From Macrostomum lignano (Eukaryota): 64,000 nt of DNA. The notes beneath the pieces are model-generated. The model did not search any database. It had not been told where the DNA came from and saw only the letters and a program-made list of their open reading frames with translations. Below are positions 48,746 through 61,026 of the stretch, in pieces. The stretch's first letter is position 1. Every line of letters begins with the position of its first letter. The stretch is from contig NIVC01001897.1 of NCBI GenBank assembly GCA_002269645.1, forward strand, positions 51,979-115,978, in the 5' to 3' direction. The position numbers and the translations under genes are program-made.

Positions 48746-49320
48746 GTGAGTGTCTGTAGATCTGTGAGTGTCTATAGATCTGTGAGTGTCTATAGATCTG
48801 TGAGTGTCTGTAGATCTGTGAGTGTCTATAGATCTGTGAGTGTCTGTAGATCTGTGAGTGTCTGTAGATCTATGAATGTCTATACGAGTAGATCTGAGTG
48901 TCTGTAGATGTCTAAGTGTCTGTAGATCTGGGTGTCTGTAGATCTGGGTGTCTGTAGATCTGAGTGTCTGTAGATCTGAGTGTCTGTAGATCTGGGTGTC
49001 TGTAGATCTGGGTGTCTGTAGATCTGAGTATGACAAAGGATTACAAAGCAAGCTAGTTTTATAGAAAATAGAATCTAAAGAGCTAAGAGTCTGTAGATCT
49101 GAGTGTTTGTAGATCTGGGTGTCTGTAGATCTGAGTGTCTGTAGATCTGAGTGTCTGTAGATCTGAGCGTCTGTAGATCTGAGTGTCTGTAGATGTCTAA
49201 GTTTCTGTAGATCTATGAGTGTCTGTAGATCTATGAGTGTCTGTAAATCTATGAGTGTCTGTAGATCTATCAGTATAGATCTCTGAGTGTAAATCCATGA
49301 GTGCCTGTAGATCTGTAGTT
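48746..49320 (+). repeat. 18/16-bp minisatellite in intron 5 derived from the 5' splice site
   Basis: (GTGAGTGTCT(G/A)TAGATCT)x7, then GAGTGTCTGTAGATCT variants. Confidence 0.95.
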
Positions 49321-49437
49321 GTTTGTCTATAGATATAATAGTTGCAGAGAACAGTAAATGCATAAGTACTGGTCTTAGACATTTTCTATCTATTTCCTGT
49401 GCCACAGGGTGAACAATTGAAATCCCCAACCTCGCAG

Positions 49438-49857
49438 ATGACGGCCACCGATCGCGACGCCACCGCTGAGATCGAGTACAGCATCTCTGACGAGGGCACG
49501 GCGCTCGGCTGTTTCTCCATCAATTCCAGCACTGGTCTGATTGTCACTAAGCGTCGCTTGGATCGCGAAGACCCCGTGTTGGCGCTTTCCGGCCGGCCAA
49601 TTTACGTCATCACTATTCAAGCGTTCGACGGCAAATACTCGGCCACGGCCAGGGTGAACATCCGTGTCATTGACGTCAACGACAACCCGCCGCTGTTAGA
49701 GGAGGCATCGGCCAGCATGTCGGTCAATGAGTCGTTTGGCGGCGACCGAGTTAACGACAAGTTTATTGGCCAGCTGACTTATAGCGACGCTGACGAGTCT
49801 GACAGCGTCAACTCTCGAGCCAGCTTCAGCCTGGTGCACACGCTGCGGTCGGCGCAG
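49438..49857 (+). CDS. PCDH: Protocadherin exon 6 (EC5, start of EC6); alternative in-frame start at 49408
   Basis: MTATDRD..FSINSSTGLIVTKRRLDRE..AFDG..DVNDNPP..YSDADE; acceptor ctcgcAG 49436-49437 (or cacAG 49406-49407, +10 aa); donor CAG|GTTTGT 49858; phase 0-0. Confidence 0.9.
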
Positions 49858-49874
49858 GTTTGTAGACTCGATAG

Positions 49875-50333
49875 ACCTATCTGAGATCTATCGTATGTCT
49901 ATCTGAGATCTATCGTATGTCTATCTGAGATCTATCGTATGTCTATCTGAGATCTATCGTATGTCTATCTGAGATCTATCGTATGTCTATCTGAGATCTA
50001 TCGTATGTCTATCTGAGATCTATCGTATATCTATCTGAGATCTATCGTATGTCTATCTGAGATCTATCGTATGTCTATCTGAGATCTATCGTATGTCTAT
50101 GTGAGATCTATCGTATGTCTATCTGAGATCTATCGTATGTCTATGTGAGATCTATCGAATGTCTATCTGATATCTATCGCATATTTATCTGAGATCTATA
50201 GCATGTCTATCTGAGATCTATCGCATATTTATCTGAGATCTATAGCTTATCTATCTGAGATCTATAGCATATCTATCTGAGATCTATAGCATGTCTATCT
50301 GAGATCTATAGCATGCCTATCTGAGATCTATCT
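49875..50333 (+). repeat. 22-bp minisatellite in intron 6
   Basis: (CTATCTGAGATCTATCGTATGT)n. Confidence 0.95.
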
Positions 50334-50351
50334 ACCTCATCAACCCTGCAG

Positions 50352-51233
50352 GAGCTTCGCTTCAGCGTCTCCCCTGACGGTCACGTGACCGCAAGCGGCA
50401 TCCTTGACCGGGAGGCTTCTCAGCGACACCTGCTGGTTGTCCGCCTCACCGACCACGGCACCCCGGCGCTCTCCTCAACAGCCACGGCGGTCGTGCGCCT
50501 GCAAGATCTGAACGACAATCCGCCTAGGATCTGGTCGCCAAGGCCGCATCAGCAGCTGAACCTTACCGAGGACAGCCCGCCTGGGGTCAGCTTCGCCGAG
50601 GTCAACGTCACCGACGCGGATGCCGAGTGCGAGCGTCGATCTTCGCTCGACTGTCTGCGCTCCGGCGGCCTGCAGCTGCGGCTGGAGCGCCAGGCGGCCG
50701 CCCTGTTCAGCGTGAACTCCAGCACTGGCCAGCTGATGGTGGCGAACCCGCTGACCCAGGGCCTGCACCGGCTGAACCTCAGCGTCACCGACCGCGGCTA
50801 CCCGAAGCCGCTGACCAGCTGGGTGGAGTTCAGCATCCGGGTTAGTCAACGAACTGACCGAGGCAACCATCTGCTTGGCGGCTTGTTTGGCTCGGCGAAC
50901 AACTGGACGGTGCTGCTGGTGATCGTGGTGGCATCCAGCTTCATCACGGTGATCCTGGTGGTGGCCATTGTGCTGCTGAATCGTCGGCAGCCTTGCTGTC
51001 TGGCCAGCGGCGGCAGCTCCAGCTCCAGCGACGACCCAGACGGAGGCGCAGGCGGCGACATCGTAGGCGGTCTGGGCGACAAGGACCCTCCAGACTATCA
51101 GATGGAGTTCATGATGGAGGGCACTTTGAGATCGCAGCAGCAGCAGCAGCATCGGTATCCGCCGCCGCCGCCTCCGCCGCCTTTGTCGCCGATGAACCCG
51201 ATGTACGGCCAGCATGGGATGCGGCGGGACCAG
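50352..51233 (+). CDS. PCDH: Protocadherin exon 7 (EC6, EC7, transmembrane helix, proximal cytoplasmic tail)
   Basis: FSVSPDG..LDRE..TDHGTP..DLNDNPP..TEDSPPG..VTDAD..VTDRGYP; TM WTVLLVIVVASSFITVILVVAIVLL at 50904-50978; polyQ/polyP; acceptor ctgcAG 50350-50351; donor CAG|GTGAGT 51234; phase 0-0. Confidence 0.94.
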
Positions 51234-51324
51234 GTGAGTGGATAATGACTTTGTGCTTTGGTTTGGTGTGGGAGTTGATTAAAAGAAATATCATTTTATT
51301 GGGGATAGGAATAAAAATTGGATT

Positions 51325-51690
51325 ATTTTAAGATTTGGGGATTATTTGAGAATTAGAGGGATTATTTAAGGATTAGCGGGATTCCTTGAGGATTAGAGGG
51401 ATTATCTGAGGATTAGCGGGATTCTTTGAGGATTAGAGGAATTATTTGAGGATTAGAGGGATTACTTAAGGATTAGAGGGATTACTTAAGGATTAGAGGG
51501 ATTATTTAAGGATTAGCAGTATTCTTTGAGGATTAGAGGGATTAATCTGAGGATTAGAGGGATTATTTGAGGATTAGAGGGATTATTTGAGGATTAGAAG
51601 GATTACTTAAGGATTAGCCGGATTCTTTGAGGATTAGAGGGATTACTTAAGGATTAGCGGGATTCTTTGAGGATTAGAGGGATTTTTTAG
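51325..51690 (+). repeat. 20-bp GGATT-family minisatellite, intron 7
   Basis: GAGGATTAGAGGGATTATTT units. Confidence 0.9.
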
Positions 51691-52239
51691 GACAAAATAT
51701 GGGATCATTATAAACAGAGACTTTTATAGGCCCGTGGATTAATATCAAATTTTGGGATCAATAATATTCTAGACTTGATGCAGCAACAAAGAACGTTTGA
51801 GGCGTGTCATCCCAGGTCATCTGCGTGCAGCTAAAAGATTAAAGTTGCAATTTGTGCGTTGCCTTGAATCCTGCACGGGTGACGGGGTGAAATCAAAGGG
51901 GGCCTAATGGACCTTCATCTCAGTGCTAGAGGTGCTACAGAGCTCTAGTGAATCTGTGAACTTGGGCGCCATCACTTTCCATCGGGCTTTCACTTGCAGC
52001 CTTCCCCGCTCATCCCATCCCCGCCTCATCGCATCAGCGGAAGCTGAATTTAAGAGAGTAAGCTAAAAGCTATTCAGTTTTAAAAGCTGCGAAAAAAATT
52101 TCTCACCAGCAAACTCAACTCCCAGTTTCTTTTCCTTCATCCTTGCTCTGGGCCTGCGCTCCCCAATTTATCCCCAAGTGTTAAGTGTCTATTATTTATC
52201 AGGGATAAACTATTGTATGTGGCGGAATCAAAGTTCACG

Positions 52240-52363
52240 AATTAATCAGTCAATCAATCAATCAATTAGTCAATTAATCAGTCACTCAATCAATCAATCA
52301 ATCAGTCAATTATTCAGTCAGTCAGTCAATAAATCAATGAATCAATCAGTCAATGAATGAATG

Positions 52364-52424
<61 letters not shown>

Positions 52425-52620
52425 GTCAATCAATCAATGAATCAATCAGTCAATCAATCAGTCAGTCAGTCAATCAGTCAATAACTCAAACAATAAATAA
52501 ATCAATCAATCAATCATCCATCAAGGGGGAAATCAGTCGCTCACACAATCAGTCTATCGATTGATCAACCTATCGATCAGTTCATTAATCAACCCACCAA
52601 TAAACCAATCAATCAATTGA
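52240..52620 (+). repeat. (TCAA)n degenerate microsatellite, intron 7
   Basis: AATC/AGTC tetramer run. Confidence 0.9.
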
Positions 52621-53104
52621 ATCTGTCAGATCGTATTTGAACTCCTAAAATCCTAGGAATTATATTTTACCAGCGGGAACTCAGGTATTTAAAGCTTCCA
52701 ACTCCATTTAGTTGAGTCAAACATGGGCCATGGATGAACGCTAAGTAAAAGCAGAAGAGAGACGACAAGACTTGGTTTGTAATTTGCCATCAAAGCAAGA
52801 TTTAGGCGAATGAACGCGTGAAACAGGATGGGGCTGCCTGACTAGAGGGCACGCACGCCACGTGGACCCGGGGAAACAAAAGAGTAGACACGTGAACCAA
52901 GCCGGCGCTGTTTTATGCTTTAATCAAAAGAAACAACAGAAAACAGACCCAGAGCAGCAGCTTATCAACTGTTTTTTCTTTTCATTGTTTTCTATGCAGT
53001 TGAGAAACATGGAAAAACTACAATGAAAAAAAAATTAAAGCATAAAGCATGCATAAGGGAGTTTGCTTCTGGCCTGACAGTCATTTTTCAGATGCATTCA
53101 TTCA

Positions 53105-53470
53105 AACTCCAGATCCCTAATCCTTGATCCCATATCCCAGATCCTAGATCCCAGATCCCCGATCCCCGATCCCAGATCCCCGATCCCAGATCCCCGATCC
53201 CAGATCCCCGATCCTAGATCCCAGATCCTAAATCCCAGAAACCGGATCCCAAATTCCAGATCCCCCATCCCCCATCCCAGATCCCAGATCCTAAATCCCA
53301 GATCCCCGATCCCAGATTCCAGATCCCCGATCCCCGATCCCCGATCCCCGATCCCAGATCCCCGATCCCAGATCCCCGATCCCAGATCCCAGATCCCCGA
53401 TCCCAGATCCCCGATCCCCGATCCCCGATTCCAGATCCCAGATCCCCAATCCCAGACCCAATCCAGAATC
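53105..53470 (-). repeat. GGGATC-family satellite (C-rich strand +), intron 7
   Basis: (GATCCCA/GATCCCC)n, reverse complement of the 42865-43360 type. Confidence 0.93.
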
Positions 53471-54054
53471 AGGCTTGATTTAGAAGTCCATGACTAGCTT
53501 ATACCCGTCTTCCCCGCTTTGAGCACACTATAGGATTAGTATTGAGCTAATCGCCCAGTCATCCCAGCATCCTATTGCGCACATCCGCAACTGTAACTGT
53601 TGCTCAATTGCTGATAATCAATCAAGGCAATATAAAATGCAATAAAAAGCAGTTTGAAGTGGAAATAAGTTAGGAGTTTAGCTGCACGGTGGGATGGGTG
53701 TTATTCCGGACTTTTCTCTCTGTCTCCCCCCCCCCCAAATCCCCCTATTATTCTTGTTGATTTCCGCTAATTTTTTCCTCACGAAAAGCTATATGCCTTA
53801 TAATAACCGCACACATTATTATCATTACTAATATAAGTTATTAGTAATCATATGCTAGAATATATCTGTCCGGGTCAGTGTGTGTCTATCTGAAACAACA
53901 ATTGGCTTATTATTAATAAAATATGCATTACACAGATGGAGATTTTTATCTACGCTTATGATCGCAATCTCTACCATCAGATAAGGGCTAGATAGATTCA
54001 GCTGTCTCCATGACTGTTTTAATCCCGGATTTTAGCATCCGACCCAATATAACA

Positions 54055-54415
54055 GATATACAGATCCCAGTCTCAGAATCTGTAATCCCAAATTTCATAA
54101 TCCCAGTTCCCAATCTCGAATCCTAGATCCCGATCTCAGAATCCCAAATCCCAGTCTCAGAATCTCAGATCCCAGTCTCAGAATCTCAGATCCCAGTCTC
54201 AGAATCCCAGATCCCAATCTCAGAATCCCATATCCCAATCTAAGAATCCCAGATCCCAATCTCAGGATCCCAGATCCCAATCTCAGAATCCCAGGTCCCA
54301 GTCTCAGAATCCCAGCTTCCACTCTCAGAATCTCAGGTCACAGTCTCGAAATCCCAGATCCCAGTCTCAGATTCCAAGATCCCAAATCTCAGATTCTCAA
54401 ATCCGGATCCGAGAA
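54055..54415 (-). repeat. 21-bp GATCCC-family minisatellite, intron 7
   Basis: CAGATCCCAGTCTCAGAATCC units. Confidence 0.9.
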
Positions 54416-54934
54416 ATCTACTAAACATACGAGCGTAGCTAACAAAAGAGCACAAGTTGCAAGGCACAAAAATCTATATACTGATAGCCACTGTTGCCAA
54501 CATCTTAACAGATACATGTACCTCTGTATGAGTTGAACCAAATTCCTATCATATACAGTATTGTCTTAGCTTAGCTCAGGCAGCAATACCTGCCTCTCTA
54601 TCTTCTCCCCCCTGGTCCCCGCATTCCTCGGCTCCAGACATCTGGGCGCCGCGGGGTACCAGCAACCCCCTCCCCTAAATCCCCTGCCCAGAGCTGGATG
54701 CATTTACTAGCTGGAGCTGAAGCTGGATGAATGATGAAGCTTGCTTTGCGTGCTCCGTTTGAGCAGCGCCCGCGGCTTCTTCTTTTAAGCTGTTGCTGTT
54801 TTTGTTGTTGCTGCTGTATGAACCTACTGTAATTTAAGGGAGTTAGAAGTGGTAAAGAATTGGCTGTGGGTGTCTGAGTGAAGTGGCACATTTCATTGTA
54901 CCACATTTCCCAGATCTCACAGCTCAAATTTTAG

Positions 54935-55390
54935 CTCCAATCCCCGATCCCAGATCCTATATCCTAGATCCCAGATCCCCGATTCCAGATCTCAGATCCC
55001 CGATTCCAGATCCTAGATCCCAGATCCCAGATCCTAGATCCCAGATCCTAGATCCCAGATCCTAGATCCCAGATCCTAGATCCCAGATCCTAGATCCCAG
55101 ATCCTAGATCCCAGATCCTAGATCCCAGATCCTAGATCCCAGATCCTAGATCCCAGATCCTAGATCCCAGATCCTAGATCCCAGATCCTAGATCCCAGAT
55201 CCTAGATCCCAGATCCTAGATCCCAGATCCTAGATCCCAGATCCTAGATCCCAGATCCTAGATCCCAGATCCTAGATCCCAGATCCTAGATCCCAGATCC
55301 CCGATCCCCAATCTCATACTAGATCTTATATTCTCAATCCCGCGGATTCTAGCCTCCTTATTCCAGATCCTCATATCTCAGATCCCAGAT
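54935..55390 (-). repeat. 14-bp GATCC-family minisatellite, intron 7
   Basis: (CAGATCCTAGATCC)n. Confidence 0.95.
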
Positions 55391-56289
55391 ATAAGTGTAT
55401 CGAAGTCTAGAGGCATTAGTATAGTTAAGAAGTTTAGAGATAGCTTGATAGCTCTAGAGAGCAGAGATGACAATAGGTAAATAGACAATCGATCAGAGAA
55501 CTGCAACCTAGTCGCTTATATGAAGCTGCTAAACGGACTCAAGGTGAGCTGTCAGTTCACGTTCACAGCTTCCTGCGTCAGAGCGGCTAGATGGTACTGG
55601 CATATATTATAAGCAGAGGGTTAATACAGTGATAGATAGCTTGGATGGAAGGCCTACAGCTCATCCTCAAAGAATGGATGGATGAACTCCAAGTGATTGT
55701 CTGTCCGCGTGTGTGTGCGTGAGAGAAGCGCACAGAGAGAAATCGCCACAGGGTGTGAGAACTGAGTGAGTTCTTCCTTCCTTCCTTCCTGTCTTGAGTA
55801 GCTGCCAACCTTTGGTAGTCATCCTATTCGCTCTCTTCGCTCCCCTTTTACCCACCCCCCCCTCCAGCAAAGCTACTACTTTGTGTCCCAACCACAAACT
55901 GCATTTGAGGTGCTGGAGGGACCCAGGAGAGCCAGAGGTGCCAGTCTGCTCATCTGGGGTGAAAGTGCCACTTCAGTATACAATGCTGGATAGAATTCAT
56001 TCATTAGTGGCAGCGGGAGGGCCAGAGAGAGAGAAGACAACTAACGCATGCAAATAAATTCTTACTGATGATTGGGAATGCTATGCAAATCATTATCACA
56101 CTGCATGCAAGTTGCCGCTAGTAGTATGTGTTAATGAATGAAATTTCTTTTGGGGTGGGAGATTCTTGATCTCGTTTTTAGTTTGGGAATTGGAATTCTT
56201 CTTTTTTAAGACTGCAGTTTTTCTATACATATCGTCTATTGACAGGGAAAGTATTAAAAGTGGGATCAGGTCCACAATCCTTAAATCCC

Positions 56290-56530
56290 TGACCCCCGAT
56301 CCTGATTTCCGATTCTTAATCCAATCCCAGATCCAGATCCCGATCCCAGATCCCCGATCCCTAATTTCCCGATTTCAGATCCCATACCTTGTTGCTAGAC
56401 CCTATATTAAGATCTTAGATCCCAGATTTCAGATCCTAGATCCCACATCTCAGATTCTAGATCCCAGATCTCATCCCACATCTCAGATTCTAAATCTCAT
56501 ATCTCAGATCCCATATCTCAGATCCCAGTT
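56290..56530 (-). repeat. Degenerate GATCCC-family array upstream of exon 8
   Basis: CAGATCCC/CTCAGATC units. Confidence 0.85.
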
Positions 56531-56634
56531 AAAAAATTGCTCCTGATGTATAATTATCTCACGAGTCACAGGAATAAAAGTGATTGCAACTCGAATTTTT
56601 CACCTAAGAACCTTTGTCATTGCTTTTCAACCAG

Positions 56635-56773
56635 AACGGCAGTGGCTATCATCCGCTGCCCTATGGCGCTGCCCTGTTGCCATGGCAACTGGGGGCCGGC
56701 GGCGACTACGACGTGGCCTCGGCTGACTCGGGGCACGGCGCCAGCGAAGAAGAGATTCACGGAGAGCAGAGAG
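56635..56773 (+). CDS. PCDH: Protocadherin exon 8 (cytoplasmic, DSGHG motif)
   Basis: NGSGYHPLPY..DYDVASADSGHGASEEE resembles the delta-protocadherin cytoplasmic DSGxGxS motif; acceptor ttttcaaccAG 56633-56634, phase 0 matches exon 7; donor AGAG|GTGAGC 56774, phase 1. Confidence 0.82.
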
Positions 56774-56784
56774 GTGAGCACCGC

Positions 56785-57230
56785 TGGGAGATTTGAGAAT
56801 CTGAGATATGGGATTTTGGATCTGGGATCTGGGATATATGGAATCTGGGATCAGTGATATGGGACTTGAAATCTGGGATATGGGATCTGGAATATGGGAT
56901 TTGGGATCTGGGATCTGAGCGATAAATAGGATCTGAGATCCGGGATCCGGGATCTGGGATCTGATATATGGGATTTGGGATCTGGGATAAATGGGATCTG
57001 GGATCTGAGAGATAAATGGGATCTGGGATCTGAGATCTGGGATCCGGGATCTGAGATCCGGGATCTGGGATCTGAGATCTGGGATCTGAGATCTGAGATC
57101 TGAGATCTGGGATCCGGGATCTGGGATCTGGGATCTGGGATCTGGGATCTGGGATCTGGGATCTGAGATATATGGGATTTGAGATTTGATATCAGGGATT
57201 GAGGATCGAAGATCTGGGATGGAGTACATT
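56785..57230 (+). repeat. GGGATC-family satellite (G-rich strand +) downstream of exon 8
   Basis: (GGGATCT/GAGATCT/GGGATCC)n. Confidence 0.93.
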
Positions 57231-57699
57231 TCTGTAAGAAGAGTCTCACTAGCCAAGGTAAAGAAAATGTTCAATAGATTTCCACCGAACTGCAGTCTTC
57301 CGGGGCCTCTGGCTCCCAGTTTGTCAACCGGCCAGAATGAACTCAGGGAGAAGTCTACTGCTAAGCAAACTCAAACACCATTTCCCACTGCCACTACCAG
57401 AGGCGCCCCTCCCCAAAAGCTTTGGGAAGAATTTTGAATAGAATATTCTCAAAGCATGTTGACGCTTGCTAGCAGTCAGCTCCAGGGCTTGTGTCACTGT
57501 CCTTCGCTGCTGCAGTCTTCTGTCAACAGAATTAGCATCGACTCAAAATTTTATAGAGCAGCCCAGTGCTGACCGACTTTCTTGCAGTTACTCTGCATAA
57601 GCCCGATATTGTCCGGCGGATCAATCAATCAGTCACTCAGTTAACTTGCCCTGCTGGATTATTATTGAAGCATTTCAAAGGCCTTCAAAACAGACCATC

Positions 57700-58240
57700 T
57701 TTCTGCCTTTTCACACCCTTCATCCGCCTCTTCACACCCTCCATCTGCTTCTTCACATCCTCCATCCACCTTTTTCACGCCCTCCATCCGCCTTTTCACC
57801 CCCTCTATCAGCCTCTTCACACCCTCCATCTGCTTCTTCACATCCTCCATCCACCTTTTTTACACCCTTCATCCAGCTTCTCACACCCTCTATCAGCCGC
57901 TTCACACCCTCCATCCGCTTCTTCACATCCTCCATCCGCCTTTTCACACCCTCCATCAGCCTTTTCACACCCTCCATCAGCCTTTTCACATCCTCCATCA
58001 GCCTTTTCACAACCCTCCATCTGCCTTTTCACAACCCTCCATCTGCCTTTTCACACCCTCTATCAGCCTCTTCACAACCCTTCATCAGCCTTTTCACACC
58101 CTTCATTTGCTTTTGCACACCCTTCATCAGCCTTTTCACACCCTCTACCAGCCTCTTCACAACCCTCCATCAGCCTTTTCACACCGTTAATCTCGCTTTC
58201 ATACCCTTAGTTTGCCTTTTTCACAACCCCATTACCTTTT
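57700..58240 (+). repeat. 21-bp minisatellite, intron 8
   Basis: TTTTCACACCCTCCATCAGCC units. Confidence 0.9.
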
Positions 58241-58849
58241 ACATCTCCCTAGAACAGATAGAAAAAGATGACATGCTTATATAGAGCAGTAGTAAACTTC
58301 ATTAAAAAATCATAATCAGTGTTATTAATATTTTTCTTTGACCTTAAGCTACACGAAGAGTCAAAGAGTCAATCATAAAAAATGGTTTCGGATGAACTTT
58401 AGGACTAGTTTTCAATAAATTTACTGTGGCAAGAAAGCATTGATAATCAAATACAGTTTCAAATTTCTAACACTGCTTCTGACAAGCAGATCTGCACTGC
58501 CATGCGAGGGCATTGTTTTCTTTTTAAAAAGGAGAAAGCAACTTTTGCAGCAGCAACTTGCAGGGGAAATGGAAACTCGGAAAAAGGAGAGAAAAGAGCG
58601 AACGGGTCAGTTGTTAATGCGACATCAGTTCGGCCAGCCATAAGTCTTGAATTTGGTGTCAACTGACAGCCAGTGCTTTCGGTTTGGTTGGCCTTTTCGG
58701 CTTGCCAGCGAGAAAGACGACTAATGCCAAGATTGAAAGCAGATTTGTCAGCTATGCATTCGCCAGGTCTGCAGCTGATGGGGCAGTTTGTGTTCCATAG
58801 TAGCGTGCGGTGGTTACAGGCTTCACAACGGACAGGGGGAGAGGGTGGG

Positions 58850-60450
58850 AGAAAAATAGGGGAGAGAAGTAGAGAGGGAGAGAAGTAGACAAAGAGAAGT
58901 AGAGAGGAAGGAGAAGTAGAGGGGAAAAGTAGAGAGGGGGAAGTAGATAGAAAAGAGAAGTAGAGAGGAGGGAGAAGTAGAGAGGAGGGAGAAGTAGAGA
59001 GGAGGGAGAAGTAGAGAGGAGGGAGAAGTAGAGGAGGGAGAAGTAGAGGAGGGAGAAGTAGAGAAGTGGAGAAGTGGAGAGTGGCAGAAGTAGAGAGCAG
59101 GAGAAGTAGAGGAGGGAGAATTAGAGAAGTGGAGAAGTAGAGAGTGGCAGAAGTAGAGAGCAGGAGAAGTAGAGGAGGGAGAATTACAGAGGATGCACAA
59201 GTAGAGAAAGAGAGGAGCAGTAGAGAATTTGAGAAGTAGAGGAGGGAGAAGTAGAGAAGTGGAGAAGTAGAGAAGTGGAGAAGTGGAGAAGTAGAGAAGT
59301 GGGAGAAGTGGGGAAGTAGAGAAGTGGAGAAGCAGAGAGGGGAGAAGTAGAGAGAGGGAGAAGTAGAGAAGTGGAGAAGTAGAGAGTGGGAGAAGTAGAG
59401 AAGTGGAGAAGTAGAGAGTGGGAGAGTAGAGAAGTGGAGAAGTAGAGAGTGGGAGAAGTAGAGAAGTGGAGAAGTAGAAAGGGAGAAGTAGAGAGTGGGA
59501 GAAGTAGAAAAGTGGAGAAGCAGAGAGGGGAGAAGTAGAGAAGTGGGGAAGTAGAGAAGTGGAGAAGTAGAGAAGTGGGAGAAGTGGAGAAGTAGAGAAG
59601 TGGGAGAAGTGGGGAAGTAGAGAAGTGGGGAAGTAGAGAAGTGGAGAAGTAGAGAAGTGGGAGAAGCAGAGAGGGGAGAAGTAGAGAAGTAGGAGAAGTA
59701 GAGAAGTGGGAGAAGCAGAGAGGGAGAAGTGGAGAAGTAGAGAAGTGGGAGAAGTGGGGAAGTAGAGAAGTGGAGAAGTAGAGAAGTGGGAGAAGCAGAG
59801 AGGGGAGAAGTAGAGAAGTGGGAGAAGTAGAGAAGTGGGAGAAGCAGAGAGGGAGAAGTGGAGAAGTAGAGAAGTGGGAGAAGTGGGAGAAGTGGAGAAG
59901 TAGAGAAGTGGAGAAGTAGAGAAGTGGGAGACAGAGAGGGGAGAAGTAGAGAAGTGGGAGAAGCAGAGAGGGGAGAAGTAGAGAAGTGGAGAAGTAGAGA
60001 GTGGGAGAAGTAGAGAAGTGGAGAAGTAGAGAGTGGGAGAAGTAGAGAAGTGGAGAAGTAGAGAATGGGAGAAGTAGAGAAGTGGAGAAGTAGAGAGGGA
60101 GAAGTAGAGAAGTGGGGAAGTAGAGAAGTGGAAAAGTAGAGAGTGGGAGAAGTAGAGAAGTGGGAGAAGCAGAGAGGGGAGAAGTAGAGAAGTGGGGAAG
60201 TAGAGAAGTGGAGAAGTAGAGAAGTGGGAGAAGTGGAGAAGTAGAGAAGTGGGAGAAGTGGGGAAGTAGAGAAGTGGAGAAGTAGAGAAGTGGGAGAAAT
60301 GGAGAAGTAGAGAAGTGGGAGAAGCAGAGAGGGGAGAAGTAGAGAAGTGGAGAAGTAGAGAGTGGGAGAAGTAGAGAAGTGGAGAAGTAGAGAGTGGGAG
60401 AAGTAGAGAGGAGAAGTAGAAAAAGGAGAGAAAGAGAGGGAACGTGAGAT
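58850..60450 (+). repeat. 1.6-kb purine-rich satellite, intron 8
   Basis: AGAAGTAG/AGAAGTGG/GAGAGGG units; almost no C. Confidence 0.95.
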
Positions 60451-60880
60451 GAGAATTAGTGGTGGTATGTAAGGTGAGAGAGTGCAGGCTATCAGCGAGA
60501 GCAGGTCAGTCAGTGAGTCACTGACAGAGAGGAAGTAAAAAGTGTAAGTGGCGCGGAGTCTGCAGCTGGCAGCCCTGGGCAGGCTACGGTTCGGCATTGC
60601 CATAAATTTCGCCTTATCACCGTAGCAGTGTGAGGCTCACGGGACTGGAAATGAATGAGCAGGGATGAGTTAGGAGTTGCGGTCTAGCGGTGAGTCCGCC
60701 TGCAGTTGCTTTATGCTGAGCGAGTTGGTATTTCGGTCTCAGCACTGCCTGCCTGAGTTAGGGCTGAATATAGGGCTGAGATACTCAGCAGTGTTAAAGT
60801 TTAATGCTGCTTTAATTTATGTTCATTAATAGCATTAGCTTTCCACAATTCATTGATGAGCTTGCATGGCCTTAATTCTG

Positions 60881-60955
<75 letters not shown>

Positions 60956-60956
60956 G

Positions 60957-61026
<70 letters not shown>
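60881..61026 (+). repeat. (TATC)n microsatellite, left part
   Basis: Near-perfect tetramer run. Confidence 0.98.

Noticed and set aside
54580-54730. Extra protocadherin cytoplasmic exon in intron 7
   Set aside because: Candidate acceptors exist, but the frames hit stops and no phase-0 donor was found; exon 7 to 8 already joins in frame.
58459-60603. 714-aa minus-strand ORF
   Set aside because: Translation of the purine-rich satellite's pyrimidine strand.
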